This document shows, in pieces, positions 31,629 to 47,634 of a DNA stretch of 64,000 nt. Position numbers and translations under genes: made by a program. Under the pieces are notes generated by a model. It saw only the letters and a program-made list of their open reading frames with translations. It was not told the origin of the DNA and did not search any database. The stretch spans positions 2,720,001-2,784,000 of the forward strand of contig CM000153.2 of assembly GCA_000004695.1 (NCBI GenBank). Direction: 5' to 3'. The stretch comes from Dictyostelium discoideum (taxonomy: Eukaryota). How positions within the stretch are numbered: the first letter of the stretch is position 1; each line of letters opens with the position of its first letter.

Positions 31629-32356
31629 ATGAATAGATAAATCTCTGCAAACTTGGATTTTATTTATTTGTTTATATACATGGAATTTTAAAAAAAAAAT
31701 AAAATAAAAAAAAATAAAAAAATAAAAAAATTAAATTAAAAATAAAAATATAATAAATAATTAAAAAATAATAATAATAATAGTAATAATTAAATAAATT
31801 ATTGGTTTTTTTTTTTTTTTTAATGTGTAATACTAAGTGTATAGAAAAAAAAAAAAAAAATAAAAATAATAATAATAATAATAATTTAAATTATATTAAA
31901 ATACAAAGTAAATCAAAATGTTGATAGTTGTAAGAAACATATTACAAAAAACTATTTTTTTTTTTTAGTTTTTACATATTTAAGTCTATTTATTGTCAAT
32001 ATCATACAATTTGTAATTTCTATTTGATTTTACTATGGGGTGGGAATCTCACAAAAAATGATATAGATACATTGAAAAAAAATTACAATTACAATTTCGA
32101 AATAAAAATAATAAAAAATTACCCCCTGTCCACATATATATTGTATACAAATTTTTTTTAAAAAAAAAAAAAAAATTAAAATAATAAAGAGTAAAATCAA
32201 AAATACACTCTACTCACACATTTTGTGTGATAATTTATTTATTTCATTGTTATTTTTGAATAAAAAAAAAATCACCATATTAAATTAAAAAAAGTATGTG
32301 ATCGAGTGATCCATTGTAAAAAATATTTGTAAAAAAAATAATAAAAATAAAATAAA

Positions 32357-32396
<40 letters not shown>

Positions 32397-32701
32397 TAAT
32401 AATAATAATAACAATAATAATAACAAACACCCTATATTTATTTTTTATTTTATTATTTATTTTTTTTTTTATGAAAAATTGTTATTAATATTATTATTAT
32501 TTTTATTTATATTTTTCAATACTAAATTAATCATCCTAATAATTCAATACCAACTTTATATTATTTTATGAAAATATTGAAAAAAAACAATAATAATTAT
32601 AATTATTTATAATTAAATCTATATATATTTATTGATAAAAAAAAAAACAATAAAAAAAAAAAAAGAAAAATAAAAATAAATTAACAAATCAAATTCTAAG
32701 A

Positions 32702-32732
<31 letters not shown>

Positions 32733-32866
32733 TGTAATGTATTAAAAAAAAATTTAAAATTTAAAATTATAAATTTAAAATTATAAATTTATTTATAAAT
32801 TATTAATTTATTAACTTATTTATTTTTTTATTTTTTATAGTAAAAAAAAAAAAAAAAAAAAAAGAA

Positions 32867-35644
32867 ATGATAAAAGTATTTAAAGATTTAAAATTTTTAA
32901 TTTTAATAACCATAATATTATTAAATTTAAAAAGTATAAATTGTAAAATTATTTATGGAGATTCAGTATCATTTGAAAGAGTATTATCACCACAACTTGG
33001 TAAGAATATTACGTTGCCATGGGGTAAAGATAAGGTAATTCATTTGTGTAATCCACATGGAGAAGAATCTATACCAGTTTTAGTTTCAAACAATATACCA
33101 TTGGGTAAACTTGCTTCAAATGATGAAAATTTCTTGGCAATTTTTGGAAACCAATCATTTGCTAGATTGTTGGCTCATTTTAATTGTAAGAAAACAGAGG
33201 AAACTTGTATTAGATTACGTACTGATTTGCCAGTATTTACAAGTTGTCTTTTAATTGGTTCAGTTGATGGGTTTGATCATGTTACTTTCAATTCATCGTT
33301 GAGTGGTGTACCAACCAATATGAATTCATGGAATGTGGATACCGTTGGTAAATTTTCAAATAATCTTACAAGTGCTGGTAGAATTATAGTAAAGAATGAT
33401 AATAATCAAATTTCATTGGGTTGCTTTGAAGAAGGTGATAAAAACAATTTGAACTATATTTTAATGCATCCAAATAATCCAATTGATACCATTGATATAT
33501 GTTATAAATCATTTAATGAAGAATCAGAGTATGTTTTATATGGCCTAGTGGAATGTGGTGATACTTCAAAATCTTCATTCTCTATTAGTGGCTATGTTTT
33601 CTTTGATAAATATTATAGTAGTTCGCGAATTAATAATCCACCTGTTGCTGGTCAAATTGTATATATTCAACAAAAAAATGGTGTGGTTTATGATTTAGAT
33701 GGTAAACGTGTAAATCAAACAATTACAGATGCAAGAGGTTTCTATTATTTTAATAATATTCCAGGTGGTGATTATCAAGTTTACATTACACCAAGTGATC
33801 CAGATACACTATATAGTCCTGATGTTGATTCAAATTTACAAGATCCATATACAAACAAAGCAACCAATGGTTCAATTGAAACCTATATCTATATCAATGG
33901 AAGTGGTGTTGTACCAGTTAGTAAAACCAATTTCGATGATATTAAATTAACATCGGTTTATGTTATTCGTGAAATGAATATTGGTATCTTACCAAAGAAT
34001 ATTTCAATGGAAGGTTTGGTTTTCATTGATTATAATGCCAATGGTCAAATGGATACTGCCGTTACCAATACCTCTGCTCAAGATAAACCATACTCTGGTG
34101 TAAGAGTACAATTACTAGATGAAAATAGAGTTGTAAGAGATGTTATCACTGGTGATGATGGTATTTTCAGTTTTCCAGATGTTCCATATGTCTCAACTGG
34201 ATATATTGCAGTGATTTACACACCAAGTGGTAATGTAATGACAAATTATCCATTCCCACCATCACCATTGGCTGGTGAAATTATAAACTTGGAGATTGTA
34301 CCAAATAATATATTATTGGTCGGTTTAATTAATAATGAAAACTATTGTCAAGATTCACCATTGATGGCAATTATTTGTTATGCAAATCAAGGTTATAATG
34401 AATCACATGCTGATGATCCAGTTTTAATTACATTCCCATCCAATGCAAATAAACATCTCTATAATATGCCACATGGTACAGTTCAACATATTGCCACACA
34501 TAAAGAAATTGGTTCAGTTTATGGTGTTGGTGTTGATAGAGTGAATGGTGATATTTATACAAGTGCATTTATGAAATACTATTCTGGATTTGGACCAAGT
34601 GGAACAGGTGCAATTTATAAATCTACAACTAAAAACAATGATTATCAAACTTCATTATATTTTGATTTGAATAAAGCAATGAATCAAGAGGATTATTGTG
34701 GTACAGACTCACATATTTATCCAATGGATAATTATGATGGAGGTGTTGAAAAGGTTGGAAAGATTGCATTTGGTGATTTAGATATTCACAATGGTTCACT
34801 CTATACCATTGCATTGGCAACCAAAGAGTTGTTAAGAGTTTCAATTTCAGATCCAAGAGATTTCCAACTTTATAATATCTATAATCCATGTATTGAAGAA
34901 CCAGATGATTGGCGTCCATTTGCATTGGGATTACGTCATGGTAATATAATTATTGGTGGTGTTTGTTCTAAAGAATCTGATTCAACCAATATACCAGTTG
35001 GTTATATTATGGAAATGAGTGGTAATATTTTATTAACTGTTCCAATGGATTTCCCAAGAGGTTGTAAATCATTTGGTGGTTCATTCTGTATTCCAGGTGA
35101 ATATTCAGCTTGGTCAAGTGTTTATTTCGAATCACAACCTTGGATTTCAGATTTAACAATGGATGGTGAAGATATGATAATTTCAATTCGTGATCGTGGT
35201 GGTGATTTAGATCGTGATGTTGGTACCTATGATATGTTAAGAGCTTGCTTTGATGGTGATCAATTAATACTTGAGAATAGTGGAATTTGTGGAGGTGTTC
35301 CTGGTGCTCATCTATTACCTTCTGGTTATTTCGGTACACCTGACGGTATCAATAGTGGTGAATATTACAATGATAATTTCTATTATCCAACTGATAATGA
35401 TGGTCATGATAATGTAGCTTCGACTTCTGGTGTTGTAATTCCAGGTTATCATACTCTCTTTGGTTCTTCATTAGATATCGATAGTGTTGGACAAGGTACT
35501 GTTAAAGTTTGGGATAATAAAAATGGTCTATTACTATATGGTATTGGTGTTTATCTTCAAAGTAATGAAAATCCAACAAATAATTTTGGTAAAGCAAATG
35601 GTTTAGGTGATATGGAACCAATTTGTTATAATTATATTAAATAA
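32867..35644 (+). CDS. Secreted Cys-rich protein (925 aa) with a signal peptide and at least two Cna-B/SdrD-B-type (carboxypeptidase-regulatory-like) beta-sandwich repeats; colossin-like
   Basis: The N-terminus MIKVFKDLKFLILITIILLNLKSINC is a signal peptide. There are two repeats of the G-Y-V-F-x-D-x-N-x-N-G-x-x-D ... G-x-Y-x-F-x-x-(I/V)-P-x-G-x-Y type (GYVFFDKYYSS...DARGFYYFNNIPGGDYQVY and GLVFIDYNANGQMD...GDDGIFSFPDVPYVSTGYIAV). The protein has many Cys and N-glycosylation sequons. The ORF is a single exon. Confidence 0.5.
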   Translation: MIKVFKDLKFLILITIILLNLKSINCKIIYGDSVSFERVLSPQLGKNITLPWGKDKVIHLCNPHGEESIPVLVSNNIPLGKLASNDENFLAIFGNQSFARLLAHFNCKKTEETCIRLRTDLPVFTSCLLIGSVDGFDHVTFNSSLSGVPTNMNSWNVDTVGKFSNNLTSAGRIIVKNDNNQISLGCFEEGDKNNLNYILMHPNNPIDTIDICYKSFNEESEYVLYGLVECGDTSKSSFSISGYVFFDKYYSSSRINNPPVAGQIVYIQQKNGVVYDLDGKRVNQTITDARGFYYFNNIPGGDYQVYITPSDPDTLYSPDVDSNLQDPYTNKATNGSIETYIYINGSGVVPVSKTNFDDIKLTSVYVIREMNIGILPKNISMEGLVFIDYNANGQMDTAVTNTSAQDKPYSGVRVQLLDENRVVRDVITGDDGIFSFPDVPYVSTGYIAVIYTPSGNVMTNYPFPPSPLAGEIINLEIVPNNILLVGLINNENYCQDSPLMAIICYANQGYNESHADDPVLITFPSNANKHLYNMPHGTVQHIATHKEIGSVYGVGVDRVNGDIYTSAFMKYYSGFGPSGTGAIYKSTTKNNDYQTSLYFDLNKAMNQEDYCGTDSHIYPMDNYDGGVEKVGKIAFGDLDIHNGSLYTIALATKELLRVSISDPRDFQLYNIYNPCIEEPDDWRPFALGLRHGNIIIGGVCSKESDSTNIPVGYIMEMSGNILLTVPMDFPRGCKSFGGSFCIPGEYSAWSSVYFESQPWISDLTMDGEDMIISIRDRGGDLDRDVGTYDMLRACFDGDQLILENSGICGGVPGAHLLPSGYFGTPDGINSGEYYNDNFYYPTDNDGHDNVASTSGVVIPGYHTLFGSSLDIDSVGQGTVKVWDNKNGLLLYGIGVYLQSNENPTNNFGKANGLGDMEPICYNYIK

Positions 35645-36031
35645 TTAATAAAAAAAAATGAAATAAATAAAACAAAATAAATATAAAAAAATAAATAAAT
35701 ATAAAAATAAATATAAAAATAAATAAATATAAAAATAAATAAATAAACTATAGATTAAGTAATATGTTTTTTTTATTTTTTATTTTTTTATATATATATT
35801 AATAAGATATTTATTATTAAATTTGTATTACAGGAAATAATCGTCAAGCTATATTATTACTATTTTTTTTTTATTATTATTATTATTTATTATTTTAACT
35901 CTCTTTCTCTCTTTTTTTTTTTTTTTTTTTTTTTATTTGGATTACATGTATTAAACTTTTTTTTTATTTTTTAATTTTTTTTTTATTTTTTTTTTTTTTT
36001 TAATTTTTTTTTTTTGATATTGTTATTTGAT

Positions 36032-36292
36032 TTAACAAAAGGATTTTTTACCTCCACTCTTTGTTTTATTTTTTGATTTGATATCAACTTCGTCTGGTTT
36101 TGGTGTTTCTTGAATATCTGCAAGTCTATTTTTAATATCTCTTGCCATTGAAATAAAACATTCTTCAACATTTGTTGCATTCTTAGCACTAGTTTCAATG
36201 AATGGAATACCATAACTTTCTGCAAATGACTATTTTTTTTTTTAAAAAAAATATAAATGAAAATATTTATGTTAGTGTGTAAATTAATTTTG

Positions 36293-36389
<97 letters not shown>

Positions 36390-36953
36390 TATTAATATTA
36401 TTTATTATTTGAAATAACAAACTAATTACATACTTTAGCTTGATTTGAATCGACAACTTTTTCGTTTACTAAATCAGTTTTGTTACCAACTAAAAGTTTA
36501 TTAACATTTTCGCAAGCATATCTATCGATTTCACCCATCCATTGTTTAACATTTGTAAATGAATCTTGATCAGTGCAATCATAAACAAGAATAATACCTT
36601 GAGCACCACGATAGTATGATGATGTAATAGTTCTAAATCTTTCTTGTCCTGCGGTATCCCACTATAAATTAAATGAATAAATTATCAATAAAATGATTCT
36701 GGTGTGTAGTTTATTTTTAATTTTTTTTTTTTTTTTTTTTTTTTACATACGATTTGTAATTTTATGGTTTTACCATCAAGATTTAATGTTTTAATTTTGA
36801 AATCTACACCAATTGTTGAAATATGTGTGTCGGTCCACGAATCATCCTAAAAAATATATACATATATATGGAAATAAATTTAAATTAGTTTTTTTTTTAA
36901 AAAAAAATTCCATTGTCATAAAAATAGTATGGATTTTAACCCAGGGACGTTCT

Positions 36954-36991
<38 letters not shown>

Positions 36992-37408
36992 AAATTTTTA
37001 AAAAAAAAAAAAACAGAATGTCGGGTGATAATAATGATTTAAAAAATTATAGTTATACTTACAGCAAATCTAAGTAATAAACATGATTTACCAACACCAC
37101 TATCACCAATTAAAAGAATTTTAAAGAAAAAATCGCTATAAGTTTATATATTTTTTTAAAGAAAAAAAAAAAGAGAGTTAGTTTATTTTTTTTTTTTTTT
37201 TTGAAAATTTTATGAAAAAAAAAGTCGATCGTTTTGATTTTTTAACAATATTTTATTTTTGTACACACTAATCCAAATTTTATTTTTATAAAAATAAAAA
37301 AAAAAAAAAAAAAGTAAAGTTTTATAAAAAAATAATAAAAAAGATTAAAAATAAAAATAAAAAAAAATTATTCCATTTGGATACTTACTGTTCTGGTGCC
37401 ATAGACAT
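36032..37408 (-). CDS. Rab-family small GTPase, Rab1/Rab8-like. 5 exons join(37408..37389,37135..37063,36836..36751,36661..36434,36234..36032).
   Basis: The spliced product is M(S)[173 protein letters not shown]...GGKKSFC*. All G1-G5 boxes and the Rab1 effector motif are present. Donors are GTAAGT/GTATGT. One intron contains (AAT)n. ORF 35983..36225 in the track is the wrong frame of the terminal exon. Confidence 0.85.
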
Positions 37409-37860
37409 TTTATATGTGTATATGTGTATATGAGGTATATAAATTTAAAAAACTTTTTTTTATTTTAAAAAAAAAAAATATATATATATTATTTAACTGT
37501 TGTTTAGATAATAAAAAATTATTGATGATGATATTTATTCGTTTTGGGTTCAAAAACTATAGTGGTTTGTTTTCGATTGGGTTTGTATATATAAATAAGG
37601 TTTTGAGATTTTTTTTTAAATTATAAATAGTTTTTTTTTTTTTTTTCTTCTTTTTTTCTTCTTTTTCCTATATAATTTTAAATATATTTTATATTGATAT
37701 TATTTGTTACAAGTTAGTGTGATAAACGAATGATATTGTTATTTATAAATGAATTGGTGGTGGGTGTTTTATAGTGTAACTATATCAAAAAAAAAAAATT
37801 TAAAAAAAAAAAAAAAAATTAAAAAAAAAAAATCAAAAAAATTTTAAAAAAACTTTTTTT

Positions 37861-37915
<55 letters not shown>

Positions 37916-37960
37916 GATAATTTTTTTTTTAGGGTAATTTTTTTTTAAGAAAAAATGAAA

Positions 37961-37998
<38 letters not shown>

Positions 37999-38128
37999 AT
38001 TTATTTATTATTATTATTTTTTTTTTAATTAATAAATATCTTTGTAATCAATGCAATTTATTTTTAATAACTCTATTTTTTTTTTTTTTTTTTTGGGCTT
38101 TAACCATTCAAACAAAACGAAATTTATC

Positions 38129-38169
<41 letters not shown>

Positions 38170-38227
38170 CTTAACAATCGCGATTATTAAAATTTTTTTT
38201 TTCATTCCCAGTTAGTGCGTTTTTTAC

Positions 38228-38267
<40 letters not shown>

Positions 38268-38385
38268 TAAAATAAACAAAAAAATTGGGATTCTTTGTTT
38301 TCATTTATTTATTTTTTTAGTTCATCTTTTTTTTTTTTAAAATTATCCAAATAAATATATAAATGTTAAAAGTTGAAAAAAAAAA

Positions 38386-38430
<45 letters not shown>

Positions 38431-38463
38431 TTTAAGTTGCCAGGGCAAAAAAAACCCTTAAAA

Positions 38464-38501
<38 letters not shown>

Positions 38502-38635
38502 TTAAATACCCAAGTTTTTTTTTTTAAAATTTTTTTTTTAATTTTTTCAAACTTACCCAACTACAAAATAAAAAAAAAAAACCCACATAAGAACAAATAA
38601 TAAATAAAAATATAAAAAAACGAATAATAATAATA

Positions 38636-41135
<2,500 letters not shown>

Positions 41136-42808
41136 TAACTTTGTTTTTTTTTTTTTATTTATTTTTTTTGATTTATTTATTTTTTTTTTAATAAAAATAA
41201 ATTATTTAATTTTTAAATCTTTTTTTTTTTTTTTTATTCTTCAATTTTCTTTTTTTTTTTTTTTTTTTAAATTATCAAACAAATAAATAAATAATTTACA
41301 AGATTTCAATTTAATAATTATTTAAGTAATTTTTTTTTATTTTTCCTTTTTTTTTTATTTTCCATCATTTATAATTATTATTACTTTATTTTTATTTATT
41401 ACAATTGACGAAATCCAATAATTATTGAGCAAAATTAATTAACTTTACTAGATTGTAAATATATCACAAATTATATTTTATCTTTTTAATTAATTTTATA
41501 AAATATTTATTAATATCAATTTAGTAATATTGGAATTGGCTGGAAATATTTGATTATATTTTTATAAAATATTTCACTACAACTTTAAAAAATATTAACT
41601 AATGCAAATTAATTATATTTTTATTAATATTTGTTTTTGTGAAATTTAAAAAAAAAAAAAAAATTTTAATCTTTATTTATTCCAATTAGTATTTGTTTGT
41701 GAATATTTATATATTGGGTTATCAAAGGTATTATTTTAAAATTAGAGATATTTATTTAAAAATTGATTAAACTAAATATAATAATTTATTTAAAAAAAAA
41801 CTTGAAAATAATTAATTTTAAATTTAATTGAAAATGGTATAAATTTCATTAAAATAGTGTCCATATAAAACATTTAATGTTGTATGGTCAGGTATAGATC
41901 ATTTTATTAAGGGACAGGGACATTGGATTACTGATAAAGTTGGAAAGACAGGCCGAATATTTAACTTAAAAAAGAAATGATGAAAGGTGAAAGACAACAT
42001 GCCATTCAACAAAAGTCTATAAACTGGTCATGTAAAAAAAGTCTTTATAAGATGCCCAATTACTTTCAAAACTATCCTATTATGATCTCAAAAATTGAAT
42101 TTTATTAACATGTCAAGATGTAAGAATTTCACAAGTTAAATTACAATTAACCAACCAATTAATGGCTTAGATGCATCTTCTTTAAGTGAGGTTGATCTTC
42201 CCAACCTGAATTTAGTGAAAATGAAAGTACCCAGATTACTCGTCTATTTTTTAAAAACATATGAAAATGCTTCAAATCACAAAGCCAAAATATTGTAATT
42301 AAAGTGGGTGTAATAGAAATGGTAATAAATATGCATTGGTCAAGTCAAATTAGAAAAAATAATGTTTTGAGGAACTCCTCAACACAACTATTCAATAAAT
42401 CTTCTTGAGTTTTGTAAAACTCTCATTGTATATTTACATTATAGAAACTATTTCTTGAGGCTTTCACCTTTAAAGAATCTTCATTGGTGGTATTTAAAAT
42501 TTATACCGCTCAAATTACAAAATCAAATACATATATCAAATTTAATGATTTTTTTAAATACTCAAATAAAATAATTGTTTTATAATAAAAAAAACTTTAT
42601 TTTCAAAATTTAATTTTTTAATATAAATAAATCTATATCAATGTGTTTTTATAATTTTCATTTTAATTCAAAACCTTATTTATAAATTATTCTAAAAAAA
42701 AAAAAAATTAAAATCTCATAATGAAATTTTTAGCCTTTTTCAAAGATATAAAAAAAGTATTTTTAGAAATAAAAAAATAAATAAATAAATAATTAAATTT
42801 ATTTTTAA

Positions 42809-42840
<32 letters not shown>

Positions 42841-42876
42841 ATAAATAATTAAATTTATTTTTAATTTTTTTATATT

Positions 42877-44154
42877 TTATTTTCTTTTAAAAGTTGATGA
42901 AGATTTTTTAGAAGTTTTTGCAGAAGGTTTTGAAGGAGTTTTTGTAACTTTCTTTTTTTTATCATTTGGATCTTCTGGTTTTTTAATTACAGTTATAAAA
43001 GAGTCCATACGAGATTGAACACTTGTATTTTTAAATTTCTTTAATTTTTCAATACCTTGAGCGACTCTAACATCAGAGAAACCCATTTCTTCAACTAAAA
43101 ATTTATTTAAACCTTCAACATCTGGATCTTTCCATTGAAAAGGTGGTAATTGATCAGCTGGAATAACATTTGGATTTTTAAATAATTCTCTCACCTCTGG
43201 GTATGGGAAAAACTCTGGTAATGGGTATTTGGATTTATCTAAATGTTTGATTACCTCCTCCAATGATTTATGTTTTTGAATTAACTCAATTGCTCTCTTT
43301 GGACCAATACCTTTGATACTATCACAATAATCACAACCTAAAAGAATGGAAAGATCAATAAACTCATCTTGAGTTAACCCTAAACCCTCCAATACTGATT
43401 GTAATTCAAATTCTAGAATTGGCATTTTCTTTGCTTCTGAAAAGAAAAGACGTCTAAGTAGTACTGTTGAACCTAATGTCAAAGAATCCATATCCTCTGA
43501 CCCGGTTGCCCATGCTTTACCCTTCTTTACAATCTCTGCACATTGCGCTTCTGCCTCACATGGTGCCTTTACAATTGGTACACCCATTAATGTTAAAAGT
43601 TTTATACAATCTTCATTTTGTTTACGTGTAACTGTAATAACACGTTTTGCAAATTTCTGAACCTCTTCATTGGTACCAACCTCTGTTGCTTCCTTTAAAT
43701 TCTCTTTTGCTTCTTTTCTTCTTGCTTGTCTTTTTGCTAATTCACCACTCTTTAATACTGGTGCACTACCATCAAATACATAAATTGGTTTAATACCTCT
43801 TGAAATTAATTTAATTGTACGATAAAACATACCTTGTAAATGACTAAATAAAAAAAAAAATAAAAAAATAAAAAATTTTAATATTTTATTATTTTATTAT
43901 TTTATTAATTATTAATTATTAATTATTAATTATTAATTATTATTTATTTTTATTTTATTTTTTTACCTTGTAGTTTCACCAAGTTGATTTGTTAATGCCG
44001 AAGAAACATCAGCATTCATTGCAATAAGAAATTGATATAAACTTGTTGATGCATCAATTGCAATAATTCTACCAAAATAGTTTTTTAATATATTTGTTTT
44101 AATTGAAGTTGGTGCATTATCTTCAATTAAATCTGTTAATTTTTTAATTCCCAT
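42877..44154 (-). CDS. fen1: Flap endonuclease 1 (FEN-1/RAD27 family). join(44154..43967,43843..42877).
   Basis: [47 protein letters not shown]...GETTS|[25 protein letters not shown]... is near-identical in motif order to human FEN1 (MGIQGLAKLIADVAP...[30 protein letters not shown]). The 123-nt intron is GTAAAA...TTTAG. The C-terminus is a basic [19 protein letters not shown] tail. Confidence 0.9.
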
Positions 44155-44740
44155 TTTCTCTTTTTTATGAATACAGAAATAATATAATTGATAAAAAAAA
44201 AAAAAAAAAAAAAAATTTTTTAAAGAAAAAAAATAAAAAAAGAAAGGTGTGAAAAAAAATTTTAAAAAAAAAAAGCGGGATATAAAAAAATTCTAATATT
44301 TATTATTTTTTTTAAAAGTTTGAATTTTTTGGGAAATTGTTTAATTATTATTTTATTTTTTAATTTTTTTTTTTTTTAAAATATTATTTACTTATCAGAT
44401 TTTAATAGATCTATTTACCATTTTTTCCAAAATTTAATTCCCTTTTAAAAAAAACCAATTGATTTATTTTTGTCAATTGTAATATTTGGGTCTTGTTTGA
44501 AAGATAAAAAATTCTATTTTTAAACCAAACCATTTTATAATTTACAAATCAATACCAAATTATTTATGAATAATTTCTATAATCTTCATTAATAAAAAAT
44601 AAATAAAAAAAAATTATATCAAAATACCAATTTTTTGTTATTAGATATATTTGTTAATAAAATATCAATTTTTTAAGTGATTACCATAGTTTTTTGGATT
44701 TTAAAAACTCTTATTAGAAAAATCAATTCAATTTTCACAG

Positions 44741-44776
<36 letters not shown>

Positions 44777-45007
44777 AATTCTTGTTCTGATTTTTTATAC
44801 AAAATTTTCCAAAAAAAAAAAATGATAATAAAAATTAAAAAATCAATAAAAATAAAATAATGTTAGTATAATAATAAATACGGTTGTAAAAAAAAAAAAA
44901 AATAATAAAAAAATAAAAAAGGATTTCTTTAATAATTCTCTATTTTTTTTTTTAAAAAAAAAAAAAAAATTAATAACATTGTTATGATTTGTAAGTTTAA
45001 TGAAATA

Positions 45008-45041
<34 letters not shown>

Positions 45042-45475
45042 GAAAATTATTATAAAATAAAATTAATTATTTCTGAAAATTTTCTCTTTTTTTTTTTAAT
45101 ATATATAAAAAAAAAAACATTATATTAAAAATTTGGTATAAAAATAAGTTAATATTTATTTTTATTATTAAAATAATTTCCTCACAAAAACACTTTTTAT
45201 ACCTAAAAGTTTATCCAAAGAATTTTATGTATAGAATCATCATTAGAAAATATAACAGTTTTATTATTAAATTATAAATTCTCTTTTTATATTTTTTTTT
45301 TATTTACTCAAATTTAAATTTCATTTCTCTTTTTATTTTTTTTAAAATAATTGTAAGTAAAACTATTTTTATTTTTATTTTTAAAAACCTTTTGCTTGAA
45401 ATTCAGTTGGAGAGTCTCGTTTTTTTTTTTTTTTTTTTTTTATTTTATTTTCAAAAAATTATTTTTTTTTTTTTT

Positions 45476-45514
<39 letters not shown>

Positions 45515-45884
45515 CTTCCCCGTGTTTTTTTTTTTTTTTTTTTTTTTTTTTATTTTTGTAATTTTTATAGCAGGTAAAGTATCTCAACGAAATTGTGTAC
45601 TTTTTTCATTTTCACCATTATGTGTTTATATAAAAAAAAAAAAAAAAATAAAATAAAATAAATTAATTTTAAAAAAATAAAATAAAATAAAATAATAAAA
45701 GTAAATAAAATAAAAAATGAAACATTAAATTTTAAAAAAATAAAAAATAATAATAAAATATAAATAATTGAAATAATGTGTTTGCATTTCTAAAATAACA
45801 ATAATAATAACAACAATAATTATAAATAATAATAAAAAGTCAACTTTTCTATCTACACTTTCTTTGATATTTTTTTTTTGCATG

Positions 45885-45922
<38 letters not shown>

Positions 45923-46074
45923 TATATAAAAAAAATTCAACCCACACTTTTTTTCTTTTTTTTTTTTTATTTTTTTTTCTTTTTTTTTTTATTTTTTCAC
46001 ACTCTAAAATATTATTCATTGCTAATATCAAAAAAAAAAAAAATTTTTAAAAAAAAGAATTTAACAACAACAAA

Positions 46075-46554
46075 ATGTCAGATAACGAAGCTTTAGATGT
46101 CGAAGACTACGCCCAAGCCGGTTCAGGTGCTTCATTAACCTTCCCAATTCAATGTTCAGCATTAAGAAAGAACGGTTTCGTCGTCATTAAAGGTTTCCCA
46201 TGTAAGATTGTTGATATGTCAACTTCCAAAACCGGTAAACACGGTCACGCCAAAGTTAACATCACTGCTATCGATATCTTCACTGGTAAGAAATACGAAG
46301 AAATTTGCCCATCAACTCACAACATTGATGTACCAAATGTCAGCAGAAAGGAATACACCGTTATGGATGTTCAAGATGGTTACTTATCACTCTTGGATGC
46401 TGGTGGTGAAGTCAAAGAAGATCTTGCCCTCCCAGAAGATGATATTGGTAAAGAAATTACCCAAATGTTAAAAGAAGGTAAAGAGCCATTAGTTTCAGTC
46501 ATCTCTGCTTTAGGTAAAGAAGGTGTCGTCTCTGTTAAAGTCAGCAACAATTAA
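46075..46554 (+). CDS. eif5a: Eukaryotic translation initiation factor 5A (hypusine-containing), 159 aa, single exon
   Basis: Hypusine loop STSKTGKHGHAK. The full length aligns with eIF5A. Codon usage is markedly more G/C-ending (aac, ggt, gtc, ttc) than neighbouring genes, consistent with high expression. Confidence 0.95.
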   Translation: MSDNEALDVEDYAQAGSGASLTFPIQCSALRKNGFVVIKGFPCKIVDMSTSKTGKHGHAKVNITAIDIFTGKKYEEICPSTHNIDVPNVSRKEYTVMDVQDGYLSLLDAGGEVKEDLALPEDDIGKEITQMLKEGKEPLVSVISALGKEGVVSVKVSNN

Positions 46555-46940
46555 ATTGTTTAAAATTCTCTTTATAAAAAAAAAAAAAAAAAAACAAAAC
46601 TCTTACATGCAAAGACTTTTTTTCTTTTTCTATTTTTTACCCTCTTTTCAATTTAAATAAATAAACCAAAAAAAAAAAGTTCAATTTCATTAGAGATAAA
46701 ACATTAATTTTTTTTTTCTTTTTTATCTTTTTTAAAATTATGAATCAAAAAGATTTAATTGTGTTTTTAATAAAAAAAAATAAAACAAGGATTAATTCAT
46801 TGTTATTAAAATTACAAAAAAATTAATTTTTATTATATGTTAACAGTTGGTGAAGAACACATTTGTTATTATTTTTGAATGTGATCACCACCATTTGAAA
46901 TTATTATTATTATTATTATTATTATTATTTATTATTATTA

Positions 46941-46982
<42 letters not shown>

Positions 46983-47625
46983 TATTTATTAATTATTAAT
47001 TATTATTAATTATTATTTTTTTTTACTATTATTATTAATTATTATTTAACTACTAATAATAAATAAATAATAAATAATAAATAATGACAGAAAAAAAAAT
47101 AATAAATAATAATAAATAATAATAAATAATAATAAATAATAAATAATAATAAATAATAATAAATAATAATAAATAATAATAAATAATAATAAATAATAAT
47201 AAATAATAATTATTTGATTAATTTATATATAAATTTGTAGTATTTTAAAATTCAATTGATGAGTATCTAATGAAATTAATAATGGTTTGTCATGTTTGTT
47301 TAATCTCTTAAGTTGAATTATTTTAATTAAACCTGAATGAAACACTATAAACTGAGATCATTTTTAATGTTGTTGTTGGTTGATACTATTATGTTTCTTT
47401 AATCATTGATTTTAAATTCTACTACTGTTATTATTAATTCCTATTTTTGCTGTTGTTATTCAATACAATTAAAACTTTAAAACCTAAAATATACTAAATA
47501 GATCTTTTTTTTTATATTTTTTTTTTAATGACCATCACTAAATTTTTTTAATTTTTTTAAAATTTCTAAAAATAAAAAATTTAAAAAACATCACTGACCA
47601 CAAAAAATTAAAAAAACATCTGACT

Positions 47626-47634
47626 ATCCCATAA
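47626..47634 (+). promoter_or_regulatory. DUSE (Dictyostelium upstream sequence element) ATCCCATAA. A TATA-like TATAAATA lies at 47661..47668.
   Basis: Exact match to the [AT]CCCA[CT]AA consensus, about 60 nt upstream of the start of the GC-rich SRP RNA island. Confidence 0.7.

Noticed and set aside
35983-36225. ORF 35983..36225(-) [15 protein letters not shown]...
   Set aside because: Wrong frame of the Rab terminal exon. The correct frame gives [36 protein letters not shown]...GGKKSFC*.
37414-37626. ORF (+) 70 aa upstream of Rab gene
   Set aside because: Lies in the Rab promoter/5' region on the opposite strand. Low complexity with no homology.
45392-45940. Poly-F ORFs 45392..45656 and ORF 45725..45940(-)
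   Set aside because: Homopolymer T-run translations in the eIF5A upstream region.
46208-46471. ORF (+) in the +1 frame of eIF5A
   Set aside because: The eIF5A frame is unambiguous (hypusine loop, full-length homology). The overlapping frame is fortuitous.
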